NCBI GenBank assembly: GCA_000998805.1
Contig: LCFC01000006.1
Location: forward strand, 24,999 to 79,928
Length of the DNA: 54,930 bases
Direction: 5' to 3'
Origin: Parcubacteria group bacterium GW2011_GWA2_43_11
GTDB lineage: Bacteria > Patescibacteriota > Minisyncoccia > Phycocordibacterales > UBA12088
The position numbers and the translations under genes were made by a program. The notes beneath the pieces were generated by a model. The model saw nothing but the letters and a program-made list of their open reading frames with translations. It had not been told where the DNA came from and did no database searches. Positions 1-9,425 of the stretch are shown piece by piece; positions within the stretch are counted from its first letter, which is position 1; the number at the start of each line of letters is the position of its first letter.

Positions 1-1074
1 GTGACACCTTTCCACAAAGCAGCAAACCGCTTACGCGAGGTGTTGCGTGGAGACGGAAGGCATGGAAGTGTCGGCATGGGGATAGGAGAGACAATGGCAG
101 ACATGATTGCCTTCCCACACCTTGCTGTACGTGCTCAAGACTTACGTTCGATAGAGACTGTCGAAAGGAAATGTAGAGGCTTGCAGGAACTTAAGTATGC
201 CGAGTTTAAGGAATTGTTTGCTGTCATTAGTGCGACAGGGTTGCTTCCTGACGAACTTCGGTTACTCACTGATTCACATGCTCCGAAAATGGTAGCACGT
301 GAGATGGTGCGTATTGCCAGATTATTTTCACTCGTTTCGATGAAAACGCTACAGCGCCTTTCGTACACCCACCCACTTATTTTTGAAGGAGCACAGGGTG
401 TACTTATCGACGAGTGGCATGGCTTTCATCCCTTTACGACATGGAGTACAACAACAAACGCGAATGCCAATGTGTTGCTCAGTGAGATTATGTATCCTGA
501 CGTTGTTACGCGTCTCGGTGTTGTGCGGGCGTACAGTACACGACACGGACCTGGACCGTTTCCGAGCGAAAGTAGAGAGCTCACCATGCGTTTGCCTGAC
601 ATGCACAATGGCTTTGGTGTCTGGCAGAGAGGCTTTCGGGTGGGATGGCTTGATATACCGCTCACACGATATGCACTCGCTGTTTCAGATGGTACGGACT
701 CTCTTGCACTGACGCATCTCGATAGATTTGCGTCTTTGTCACAAAAACGAGTGGTAAGGGCGTACCGAGTAGCAAAAGCAGACCTCACAGAAAAGGAAAA
801 ATCGGTGATGGTGACAGACAAGGAACAGTCAAATGATGACTACCTGCACATCGTTTCGTTTCGTCGTAAAGATATCCTCGAAGATCTTGGGTATCAAGAA
901 ATGATTGGTGCAATACTTGCAAAGGTAACACCGGTTGTAGAGGATATCCAATGTTCTGAAGAGTGTTTTGTGGATTATGTGAGCGAACTCCTTTTTCTTC
1001 CAGTTGACATTACGTCACATGGACCGACGGCGTTTGATAAACGTGAAAGAGTGCAGATGCAGTTAGCTGCATAA
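1..1074 (+). CDS. purA: Adenylosuccinate synthetase-like protein, 5' end outside window
   Basis: ORF is open to the window edge. FEGAQGVLIDEWHG.HPFTT and RAYSTRHGPGPFPSE resemble the PurA EGAQG / TRVGxGPFPTE core. A hairpin aaccgactag-tttc-tagttggtt follows the stop. Confidence 0.7.
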   Translation: MTPFHKAANRLREVLRGDGRHGSVGMGIGETMADMIAFPHLAVRAQDLRSIETVERKCRGLQELKYAEFKELFAVISATGLLPDELRLLTDSHAPKMVAREMVRIARLFSLVSMKTLQRLSYTHPLIFEGAQGVLIDEWHGFHPFTTWSTTTNANANVLLSEIMYPDVVTRLGVVRAYSTRHGPGPFPSESRELTMRLPDMHNGFGVWQRGFRVGWLDIPLTRYALAVSDGTDSLALTHLDRFASLSQKRVVRAYRVAKADLTEKEKSVMVTDKEQSNDDYLHIVSFRRKDILEDLGYQEMIGAILAKVTPVVEDIQCSEECFVDYVSELLFLPVDITSHGPTAFDKRERVQMQLAA

Positions 1075-1123
1075 GAATTCTTTCAATACTAACCGACTAG
1101 TTTCTAGTTGGTTAGTTTGTGTT
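937..1123 (+). repeat. Left copy of 187-bp direct repeat (purA 3' end plus terminator)
   Basis: Aligns base for base with 5207-5393, same length, 4 mismatches by manual alignment. Confidence 0.9.
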
Positions 1124-1235
1124 TTTTATTAAGAAATAGTAAGGATAGTATTAGGAACAAGCATATCTAACTTTTGAATATGAAACTACCCTCTTGGTTG
1201 TAGCCAAAAGGGCAGTTGTAAAAAATGTGGAAAAG

Positions 1236-1586
1236 TTACCTTTCGATAAAATCAGGGTTCCATCTCCCTTGCATAGACTTGTAGCCTGGAGGAAAGGCTT
1301 CGTTATACTCATGTCCACCATATTTTTCCATCAAGAAATACGTTATTTCGCATACCTTATCTCGTCCCAGATCGTCCATGTCAATAAATTTTTTTGTGTA
1401 TACCCGCGCGATAACATGGTTCTTTAGCGACGGGGTGAGACTTGGATCGATAAGAAAGTTGATGCTGGTGGTATCGAGTCTTGGAAAACCCCAGCTTTTT
1501 TGAAATGCTACTTGAATAACAAATCGAATCACGTCCATTGCGTCGGTCTCGTCTGCAGTAAAACCAGTAATGTCTACAATTGGCAT
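1236..1586 (-). CDS. Hypothetical protein (116 aa, starts MPIVDITG)
   Basis: ATG at 1586 preceded by aagggg. Its 3' 180 bp has a degenerate second copy at 7012-7190. Confidence 0.5.
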   Translation of the reverse strand: MPIVDITGFTADETDAMDVIRFVIQVAFQKSWGFPRLDTTSINFLIDPSLTPSLKNHVIARVYTKKFIDMDDLGRDKVCEITYFLMEKYGGHEYNEAFPPGYKSMQGRWNPDFIER

Positions 1587-1827
1587 GGGAAACCCCTTAA
1601 AATATTTGTTTTGCCACCAGAGCGGTGACAGAGAACTACAACCTAGGCAGGAGAATACCATAAAAGTGTGGCTTGTGAAGGGAGTGAATTTTTTACAATG
1701 AACCGTGTCTGAATCAGGCTATTTGATGTTGAATTAAGGTCATTTTATGGCTAGTTGTTTCCTCAACTTTGGTATTGAATCAGTTTATATATCGGAAAGT
1801 GACTGTTTTTAGTATAATGAATCAAAT

Positions 1828-2529
1828 ATGAGCGAAATTAATATTTACTGCGATGAAAGTAATCATCTTGAAACTGATGGACGCCCCATGGTTTTGGGTG
1901 CTTTGCACTGTCCTAGAAGTAAAGCTCCAGCTGCAAACAGGCGCATCCGTGAAATAAAGAAAGAGCATAGTTTACCTGATACTTTTGAAATTAAGTGGAC
2001 AAAGGTTTCTCAAAAAAATTTACCTTTCTATATCGATGTTTTAAATTATTTCTTCGATGCAGACCATATCGGTATTCGAGTTGTTGTTGCAGATAAGGAA
2101 CATTTGAATCATGCAAAGTTCGGTCAAACCCATAATGATTGGTATTACAAAATGTATTTTCAGCTTTTGACTAAAATCATAAGCTCTGAAAATAAATATA
2201 AAGTCTGTCTAGATATAAAAGACACACTTGGTAAGATTCGAGTACAAAAGTTGAGAGAGGTTCTTTGTAACAAAGAATATGATTTTAAGCGTGAAATCAT
2301 AGAAGAAATTAGAGAGGTGCACTCAAACCAAGTCCAGATGGTGCAGGTAATCGACCTAATCATTGGGGCTATTCAATTTAATCTATGTAGCAAAGACAAG
2401 GATAGGGAAAATCAGGCAAAACGGGCAATTGTTGAGCATATCAAAAAACGAACACAGAAAAGTTTAACTGTCCAAACATTGCCTTCAGAGTTTAAATTTA
2501 ATCTGTTTTTCTGGAATGGTATAGATTAA
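1828..2529 (+). CDS. DUF3800-like protein
   Basis: N-terminal IYCDESNH motif, recalled as typical of DUF3800 (YxDESG). TATAAT at 1813-1818 lies only about 10 nt before the ATG, so the transcript may be leaderless. Confidence 0.6.
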   Translation: MSEINIYCDESNHLETDGRPMVLGALHCPRSKAPAANRRIREIKKEHSLPDTFEIKWTKVSQKNLPFYIDVLNYFFDADHIGIRVVVADKEHLNHAKFGQTHNDWYYKMYFQLLTKIISSENKYKVCLDIKDTLGKIRVQKLREVLCNKEYDFKREIIEEIREVHSNQVQMVQVIDLIIGAIQFNLCSKDKDRENQAKRAIVEHIKKRTQKSLTVQTLPSEFKFNLFFWNGID

Positions 2530-2532
2530 TTT

Positions 2533-3024
2533 ATGAAGGACTTTACGTGGTTACCGCCCCTAATCACTCTCGGGGCTCATAACGGAGATGTAATTTTTTA
2601 CATGGACACACTTTATCAGGCTTTTCTTAATGATTTGGTTAATCTGAACTGCACATTATTAGGCAAACCTGTATATGTATCCCGCAAACTTGAAGTTGAT
2701 GGAAGATATGAGCGATTTTGGCATATAATCACTGATCCTCATAGTCCTCGTACCCAAGATATCCAGCATTTGAGAGCAGAAAAAATACCTTGGATTAAAG
2801 CTGTGATTGATAATTTCGCAAGACCAGAAGTTTTAGCTTATGAAATTAAAAAAGACAGAGACCTCAAACTATACCTCTACATTCCTGAGCAAGAATTTAT
2901 GGTGATTTTAGTTGATAAGGGAAAAGAGTATCATTTTGTTACCGCTTATCATATACGTTACAGTTACATGTTAAGACAATATGATAGGGAATATCGGCAG
3001 TATGGTCCCAAGATAAAAGTCTAA
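2533..3024 (+). CDS. Hypothetical protein, apparently co-transcribed with the DUF3800 gene
   Basis: Starts 4 nt after the DUF3800 stop. Followed by hairpin gcccc-gtaa-ggggc at 3035-3048. Confidence 0.55.
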   Translation: MKDFTWLPPLITLGAHNGDVIFYMDTLYQAFLNDLVNLNCTLLGKPVYVSRKLEVDGRYERFWHIITDPHSPRTQDIQHLRAEKIPWIKAVIDNFARPEVLAYEIKKDRDLKLYLYIPEQEFMVILVDKGKEYHFVTAYHIRYSYMLRQYDREYRQYGPKIKV

Positions 3025-3034
3025 ATCAAAAACA

Positions 3035-3056
3035 GCCCCGTAAGGGGCGAGTTTTC
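3035..3056 (+). terminator. Hairpin terminator after the DUF3800 pair
   Basis: gcccc gtaa ggggc followed by gagtttt. Confidence 0.45.
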
Positions 3057-3164
3057 GGACTCCTTTTACCTAGGTAAATGAGATGTTTGTAGTATAACAA
3101 AAATACATCTATTTTCAAGTGTCAACAAACGTAATGTGGATAATGATGACAATAAAAAAAATAG

Positions 3165-3235
3165 GGGGCTACACGAATAGCTGTTAAGTTATCCACAACC
3201 ATTTCGTCGATATCAACGAAATGGTTTGGTTTGTT
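3165..3235 (+). pseudogene. Short dinD-like remnant
   Basis: gttaagttatccacaaccatttcgtc...cgaaatggtt matches dinD at 8768-8815. Translates to VIHNHFVDINEMV versus VIHNHFVLTDEMV and is flanked by stops. Confidence 0.4.
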
Positions 3236-3399
3236 TGAGTATTGGAAGATGCTCTTAAACCCAAAACATAAAAAAGAAGTGAAGGTAGTCACAAAATTCA
3301 GTGTTCTTGACGATGGTGACACTGTTTGTAAAATGGGGAAGATCTTGGAAACTACACACACTCTTCAAAACACCTGCGTATCAATAAAAATTGAAAATT

Positions 3400-5172
3400 A
3401 TGGAAGAAATAACCCTACAAAACTTCGACAACATTATTGATTTAAATATCGTTCGTAGAGGTAAACAATGCTATGAAAATAATGCTATTACACGTCTCAA
3501 AGAGAATCGAGTGGGTGATTTTATTGCTTACGTGCGTGGTACCGATTTGTATCATGTTCGGATACAGCTCGATGATGGTGAGGTGGTAGAGTGGTCGTGC
3601 GGTTGTCCGTATAACAAAGGACCGGTATGTAAACATATTGTGGCTGTTCTGTATGCATTGGCTGACGGAGAACGAGACATTGATGAGTCAAGCGCATCTT
3701 TAAAAAGTGACATAGCTACATCTGCGACTGTAGGCAACATGCCCGAGGATCTCGAAAAACTTTCAAAAATGGATCTCATTAACATACTGCAAGAAGCCCG
3801 AACGAATCATGTAGATGTGAATCGTCGTGTACAGTTTGCGTCCTCTACTGAAATGCAGTTTGAAGATAAGACATTTGTTCGCAGAATTATTCGTGAAGCG
3901 GTTCGTGATGCTTCCGGGCGCTACGGTGGTGTTGAGTATGGAGACACATATGAAGCCACACAAGGTGCGTTAGAGGTGCTAGATGTGGCTGATAGCGCTT
4001 TCACTAGCAATGCACGTGTGGCGTTAGTTGGATATGAGACAGTGATTGAAGAGCTAGTGCCAGTGGTGGAGCGGTCTGATGACTCAGATGGAGATATTGG
4101 CGGAGCTATATATTACGCATTTGAAAAGCTTCATGAATTGGCAATAAGACTACGTGACCAAAAGAAAGAAGATTTACGTCGGGAATTACTCGCATATATT
4201 CTAAAAGAGTGGTCAAAAAAGAAATACCAAGGTTTTGATTGGCTGTGGCTTTTTCTCAATATCGCGGCCGATATTGTTGAGTCTGGCAATGAAGAAGAAC
4301 AAATGACTCAAGTGCTGCAGAAAGCGCTTACCTATGACAGAAAAGAAGAACCGCAAGAGGTAAATGCTTTTTTTGCTATCACTGGGGGCTCCGGAGCATT
4401 GAGTAGTAGTGATTGGAGTAATCATTATCGACAAGAAGAGGTGGCAAGAATACAACTGGTGCTGACACAGAGACTTCATCCTGAAATGGTTGAGAGCTAT
4501 GTTTTAAAAAACTTACATTTATCTAACATGAGAGAGCAGGCAGTGAAAATGTACATACAAAACAATGCTTTTGACGAAGCACGTAGACTTGCAATAGAAG
4601 GTGTCAAACAAGCAAAACAAGATGGGCACTTTGGGATTGTTGTGAAATTTCTTGAGCTCCAGATGGAGTGTGCTAAAAAAAGTAACAGGTTGGATGAGGC
4701 AAGACAGTGTGCATTACAACTCTTTCTAGACACACACCACGATGCTTTTTCTTACTATCGACACGCAAAAGAATACGCAGGTGAAAAATGGGATGAGTGT
4801 CTTCTAGATATCGTTGCAAAATTAAAAAAAAGTAAGCACGGAGGTGGTGTGTGGAAATTAGCAGATGTCTATATTGAGGAAGGTATGTGGAAAGAGTTGC
4901 TGTCACTTGCTCAAGATAATACTGCTTTGGTGCAAACACATGGTAAACGGTTGGCGAAGCGATTTCCAAAGGAAGTCGGTCGACTATACATACAGCTTGC
5001 AGGTGAAGGTATGCAATATCCTGGCGGCCGTGCTGAGTATCAGAAGAAGTGCAATCTATTGCGCGAAGCAAAACGTCTCGGGTGTCAAAAAGAAGTTGCA
5101 CAGGTGGTAGAGGAATGGTGTCGCATGTATGAACGACGACGAGCTCTCCTAGAAGAATTGCGGAAAGTGTAG
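3400..5172 (+). CDS. SWIM zinc-finger protein with a long helical C-terminal region
   Basis: WSCGCPYNKGPVCKHIVAV is the CxCxnCxH SWIM signature. ATG at 3400 is preferred over the TTG at 3391. Confidence 0.7.
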   Translation: MEEITLQNFDNIIDLNIVRRGKQCYENNAITRLKENRVGDFIAYVRGTDLYHVRIQLDDGEVVEWSCGCPYNKGPVCKHIVAVLYALADGERDIDESSASLKSDIATSATVGNMPEDLEKLSKMDLINILQEARTNHVDVNRRVQFASSTEMQFEDKTFVRRIIREAVRDASGRYGGVEYGDTYEATQGALEVLDVADSAFTSNARVALVGYETVIEELVPVVERSDDSDGDIGGAIYYAFEKLHELAIRLRDQKKEDLRRELLAYILKEWSKKKYQGFDWLWLFLNIAADIVESGNEEEQMTQVLQKALTYDRKEEPQEVNAFFAITGGSGALSSSDWSNHYRQEEVARIQLVLTQRLHPEMVESYVLKNLHLSNMREQAVKMYIQNNAFDEARRLAIEGVKQAKQDGHFGIVVKFLELQMECAKKSNRLDEARQCALQLFLDTHHDAFSYYRHAKEYAGEKWDECLLDIVAKLKKSKHGGGVWKLADVYIEEGMWKELLSLAQDNTALVQTHGKRLAKRFPKEVGRLYIQLAGEGMQYPGGRAEYQKKCNLLREAKRLGCQKEVAQVVEEWCRMYERRRALLEELRKV

Positions 5173-5206
5173 AGTGTTTAAATTTCTTGAAGATTGTTGA
5201 TTTGTG

Positions 5207-5393
5207 GTAGAGGATATCCAATGTTCTGAAGAGTGTTTTGTGGAATACGTGAGCGAACTCCTTTTTCTTCCAGTTGACATTACGTCACATGGACCGACGG
5301 CATTTGATAAACGTGAAAGAGTGCAGATGCAGTTAGCTGCATAAGAATTCTTTCAATACTAACCGACTAGTTTTTAGTTGGTTAGTTTGTGTT
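5207..5393 (+). repeat. Right copy of the 187-bp direct repeat (orphan purA 3' fragment)
   Basis: See 937-1123. Not attached to any purA body. Confidence 0.9.
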
Positions 5394-5449
5394 GTACAAA
5401 AGTTAGACCGCACAGGATAAATCGAGTGCGGTCTAAGGTAGAGATGAGC

Positions 5450-5899
5450 TTACAGTTGAACAAAAGGGTATTGAAGCATATCTTCAAAACTGTTTACTAA
5501 CTGCTTAAAAAGGTCTTGTTGCTCTGGACACGGTCCAAAAAGTATTCCAGATTCGTTTTTTAAAGAATGAAACCAAAGGGTCATACACGCTTTGTTTTCT
5601 TCGGGCTTTTCCCAAAAGAGCATTTTTCCAAAAGAGCCAAGTTGAAAACAGTCCGGCATAACTTTTGACGGGTGGTCTGCATCTTCAAGTTCTTTTTGCA
5701 TATCCACATGAGGGATTGGTCGCACATCTTCTTTATTGACTACATGTCTTTGCAGAGTGCCTGCTGGAGGTACGTGATATATTTCAAGTCTGGTATCGAA
5801 AATATTTACCCGTATTGAACCTCCGAAATTCTGTGGAGATGTTTCGTCGAACACTACCCCTGTGTATTTTCCTTGGAAATTAAAAATGTCAGTAGCCAC
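5450..5899 (-). CDS. Hypothetical protein
   Basis: Strong RBS aaggagg before the ATG. Hairpin agaccgcac...tgcggtct lies downstream at 5404-5436. Confidence 0.6.
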   Translation of the reverse strand: MATDIFNFQGKYTGVVFDETSPQNFGGSIRVNIFDTRLEIYHVPPAGTLQRHVVNKEDVRPIPHVDMQKELEDADHPSKVMPDCFQLGSFGKMLFWEKPEENKACMTLWFHSLKNESGILFGPCPEQQDLFKQLVNSFEDMLQYPFVQL

Positions 5900-5950
5900 A
5901 TCTTCCTCCTTGGTTGATTGTGAATGTCAAAATTTATGCAAACCTACGTA

Positions 5951-6364
5951 TCATGCGTGTTCTTTTGGTTCTATCTCATAAATAGTTACTCCACCATCTG
6001 CGAGCACAAATACTTTAAAGTGCCCTTCGGTTGGTTCTTTAGTAGCTGCATCAGCAATGTTTGGACTCATCCCAGCTACAATGTTACATATGCCCCAACC
6101 AGCAATTCCTTTGGCCGTAAGCTCTACGTTTGTTGCATGATTTGCTTCCCAATCATATCCAGGCATGAGAAAGTCAACAAGTGGTTTCCATTTGGATTTA
6201 ACTTGTATACAGACTACGACAAGTTCCGTGTTGCTTTTTTTATGTACATTGAGCGCTCGCCAAGCAAAATGTTGCAAACGGGAGTAGGATTCCGTGTACA
6301 TTTTTTTACGATATTCAGCTTCTTTGGAAAGTACTGTGTTCGGGGGAATTATTCCAGTTGCCAT
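5951..6364 (-). CDS. Hypothetical protein (start MATGIIPP)
   Basis: Internal ATG at 6364 preceded by ggaga. The longer ORF reaching 6439 lacks an RBS. Confidence 0.5.
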   Translation of the reverse strand: MATGIIPPNTVLSKEAEYRKKMYTESYSRLQHFAWRALNVHKKSNTELVVVCIQVKSKWKPLVDFLMPGYDWEANHATNVELTAKGIAGWGICNIVAGMSPNIADAATKEPTEGHFKVFVLADGGVTIYEIEPKEHA

Positions 6365-6542
6365 AAATTTTCTCCAAGGGTTGAGTTTTAGGAAAGCCTT
6401 TCTGAACGATACTGTACGCAGAGTGGGCAACACTGTCAATCAAGTAGAGTAAACATGTCTTACATGTAACTTCCAAATATAACACTAACAAAACACTCCA
6501 CCCTTGCGGGTGGAGTGTGTTTACTAAGGAGGTGACTTAGAA

Positions 6543-6890
6543 TTATACAGAGTTAATCTGTTTAAACATTCGCTCAATAGTAAGGTCCATTATAAAAGCA
6601 ATTACTTGTTCTCGAGGAATATCGGTAACGTCTTCAACTCGAAAGTTACGTGTACAAGAATCATCATCTTCATCATCCTCATCGGGAATGCTGATTATTC
6701 TTTCCGCAATCTCCGCAGCACTGTAAAACTTTTCACCGTTTCTAATTCGCTCATCAAGATTGGCACCAAATTCCTTTTCGTACGTACAGTACGCACGTCT
6801 GATAGCCAGCTCTGTCTTGTTTGCAGGTTGTTGATTCCTGAACTCACCAAGAGTTACTGGTTGAGGAAGATAGATTTTTGTAAAGTCCAT
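6543..6890 (-). CDS. Hypothetical acidic protein
   Basis: RBS aaggagg before the ATG. Contains a DEDDEDDD tract. Confidence 0.55.
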   Translation of the reverse strand: MDFTKIYLPQPVTLGEFRNQQPANKTELAIRRAYCTYEKEFGANLDERIRNGEKFYSAAEIAERIISIPDEDDEDDDSCTRNFRVEDVTDIPREQVIAFIMDLTIERMFKQINSV

Positions 6891-7011
6891 TCATGCCTCC
6901 TTTGTTTTAGTCTTTTTTATCCTCAGAAAGTTATAAAAAAACATTTCTATGTAAATAATGCCATGTTCTTTAACTTGAGTAAATTTACCCTACCCAAAAC
7001 AAGACTGCCTT

Positions 7012-7190
7012 CTGGCTTGAAGCCGATAGGGCAGTTGTAAAAAAGTGGAAGAGTTGCCTTTCGATAAAACCAGGATTCCATCTCCCACACGTAGACTTGT
7101 ATCCGGGAGGAAAAGCCTCGTTGTACTCATGCCCGCCATACTTTTCCATCAAGAAATACGTTATTTCGCAGAACGATATGAAAATAAAAA
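7012..7190 (-). pseudogene. Remnant of the 3' end of a paralogue of gene 1236-1586
   Basis: About 180 bp align with 1190-1371, same orientation. Peptide CEITYFLMEKYGGHEYNEAFPPGYKS is conserved. No N-terminal part, and the stop is lost. Confidence 0.6.
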
Positions 7191-7259
7191 GGTGCGATAT
7201 TGATACAAAAAGAATAGCCCCGCAATACATGCGGGGCTATGTTTGTGAGGTTTATTGTA

Positions 7260-7571
7260 TCATTTTTTTGGCTTGCTGAACTTGAAGTATGCACTGTAGT
7301 CTTCACAGTACCCAGGTTTGTCGTACTTTACTTCCCAGCCTTTCTTGCGGTAGATGTCTTCTACATCCAACCAATGACGATTGTAAATTTCTCTTTCGTT
7401 GAAACCACTTTCTACTAAACGCTTTACGACAACATTCTGATGAATTATTGCGCTGTATCCGTCAAATTTTTCAGTGATCAGCGAATTGAACACCTCAAAT
7501 ACGGTGTCAGGAATTGACTCCTCACGATTTTTGACTACTTCCTGTGGACTTATTGCTTTACTGTTCGCCAT
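7260..7571 (-). CDS. Hypothetical protein (103 aa, start MANSKAIS)
   Basis: RBS agaggag before the ATG at 7571. Divergent from the regulator gene. Confidence 0.55.
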   Translation of the reverse strand: MANSKAISPQEVVKNREESIPDTVFEVFNSLITEKFDGYSAIIHQNVVVKRLVESGFNEREIYNRHWLDVEDIYRKKGWEVKYDKPGYCEDYSAYFKFSKPKK

Positions 7572-7682
7572 GATATTCTCCTCTTTTGAATGAACTTGAA
7601 TGACCCTGTTGTAGAATAGAGGCAAACAGAGAAGTATGCAGAAAAGCTTGTATAAGTGTAACAAATAAGATACACTTTAGAT

Positions 7683-8408
7683 ATGGAGTTACAGGATATT
7701 TTTAAACGACTCGGGTATCCTAAAAATACTGATACGGTATATCGCACACTGAGTATTAGCAAGGAACCTCTTTTAGTGAGTACTATTGCTCAACATGCCA
7801 ACGTTTCGCGAATGGTAGTATACCGTTGTCTCCTGAAGCTTGAAGAGTCAAAGCTTGTGAGTAGAAGTGTCATCGGTCGTCGTACTTTTTATGCACTTCT
7901 GAATCCGCGCAGACTTAAGCAACTCATAGCGATGTGCGAAAAAGAATCAGGAGAGGTGATAGAGAAGTACGCAAAAGAACGAGAAAAAGAGGTGCCACAA
8001 AGCATTCGTTTTATGTATGGAGCTTCTGGTATTCGTTCAGCCTTTGATGACGTACTAGCTCACACTAAAAAAGGCGATACGTTCTTTCGTTACACATCAG
8101 AGCGCGATCTTGCTCGGGTGAATAGATACTTAGCTCGTGACTATCGCATACGCAGAGACAAGAAAAAACTCGAACGACTTGTTATAAGTAACCCCGTTTC
8201 AGGTAAACAAAAAAAATCACGACTTGAGCGATTTATAAAATTCATCCCTAGAGAGGTAGACCTGTTTGAGCAGGATATTATCCAACTCATCTACGGAAAC
8301 CGTGTCACAATCATTAACCTTAACACTGAAGAGGTGTTCGTGATTGAGAACAAACAACTTGCTGATTTTCAGAAAACAATATTTAACTTGCTGTACAAAA
8401 AATTGTAA
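7683..8408 (+). CDS. Winged-helix (TrmB-like) transcriptional regulator
   Basis: N-terminal VYRTLSISKEPLLVSTIAQHANVSRMVVYRCLLKLEESKLV resembles a wHTH domain. Family assignment is by eye. Confidence 0.5.
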   Translation: MELQDIFKRLGYPKNTDTVYRTLSISKEPLLVSTIAQHANVSRMVVYRCLLKLEESKLVSRSVIGRRTFYALLNPRRLKQLIAMCEKESGEVIEKYAKEREKEVPQSIRFMYGASGIRSAFDDVLAHTKKGDTFFRYTSERDLARVNRYLARDYRIRRDKKKLERLVISNPVSGKQKKSRLERFIKFIPREVDLFEQDIIQLIYGNRVTIINLNTEEVFVIENKQLADFQKTIFNLLYKKL

Positions 8409-8612
8409 TTACTTTGACAAAATTATTCCGATATGTATGCGTCACTAGCTTCATAAGGTGTTTAAATTTTTTGGAGGAATCGGTCACAAGGGAATTGGGG
8501 TCACCCACGCAGGATTACAGGCATACCCTTTATTAAACGTATGCTTGCCTACAGTATAAAGACGCGCACGCAGTATCTTGGTAAGAATTATGGTAACATT
8601 TAAGTAATAAGT

Positions 8613-9425
8613 ATGGCTGAAAACAAATTTGAAACAATAAAAAGATTGGATGACAATGGTGCCGAATATTGGTCATCTCGCGACCTTGCTAAGGTGCTTG
8701 AATATCCTGATTACAGAAAATTTCTAAACGTGATTGAGAAAGCTAAAGTTGCTTGTGAAAATAGTGGTGAAGTTATCCACAACCATTTTGTCCTTACGGA
8801 CGAAATGGTTCAGATTGGATCAGGAGCAGAAAGAGCAATAGATAGCATATATCTTTCACGTTATGCCTGTTATTTAATTGTTCAAAACTCTGACCCTACC
8901 AAGGTTGTTGTGGCTAAAGGTCAGACATATTTTGCTATCCAAACTAGGAGGCAAGAAAAAGCTGATAATCTTATTGAAGATAACAATCGTGTTTTCTTGC
9001 GCGAACAAATGAAAAAACACAATACTAGTCTGATGCAAACCGCTTCTATGGCTGGGGTTGAGAGTTATGCAATATTTCAAAACGCTGGGTATAAGGGATT
9101 GTATGGAGGTCTTACAATGCAGGATATTCACGAAAGAAAGAAACTTAAGAAATCACAAAAAATTCTTGATCACATGGGAAGTGAAGAACTTGCAGCAAAT
9201 CTTTTTCGTGCAACACAAACAGAAGCTAAAATAAAACGTGATAAAGTTCACGGTCAAGGTAATGCGAGTCTTGCACATATGCAAGTCGGTCAGAAAGTAC
9301 GCAACACAATCCAAAGTTTGGGAGGTACTATGCCGGAGAACCTGCCATCTGTTGACGGAGTCGGCAAAGCAAAGACTCGCATAAAGAAGGTGCAGAAGAC
9401 GAAAAGGGTGGGGAGGGGAAGTTAA
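8613..9425 (+). CDS. dinD: DNA damage-inducible protein D
   Basis: Collinear with E. coli DinD as I recall it: SRYACYL.VQN.DP, GQTYFAIQTRRQE, IFQN.GY.GLYGG, KILDHMGS.ELAANLFRATQTE, LGGTMPE.LP. Confidence 0.85.
   Translation: MAENKFETIKRLDDNGAEYWSSRDLAKVLEYPDYRKFLNVIEKAKVACENSGEVIHNHFVLTDEMVQIGSGAERAIDSIYLSRYACYLIVQNSDPTKVVVAKGQTYFAIQTRRQEKADNLIEDNNRVFLREQMKKHNTSLMQTASMAGVESYAIFQNAGYKGLYGGLTMQDIHERKKLKKSQKILDHMGSEELAANLFRATQTEAKIKRDKVHGQGNASLAHMQVGQKVRNTIQSLGGTMPENLPSVDGVGKAKTRIKKVQKTKRVGRGS

Larger units (their letters stand above)
1124..5206. mobile_element. Inserted island bounded by the purA 3'-end direct repeats; no recognisable integrase
   Basis: Lies between the 187-bp direct repeats. 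Cargo is unrelated to the core genes: an orphan gene, a DUF3800 gene, its partner and a SWIM-finger gene. Confidence 0.55.

Noticed and set aside
8409-8612. LexA/SOS box upstream of dinD
   Set aside because: I could not find a convincing GAAC-N4-GTTC or CTGT-N8-ACAG palindrome by eye.
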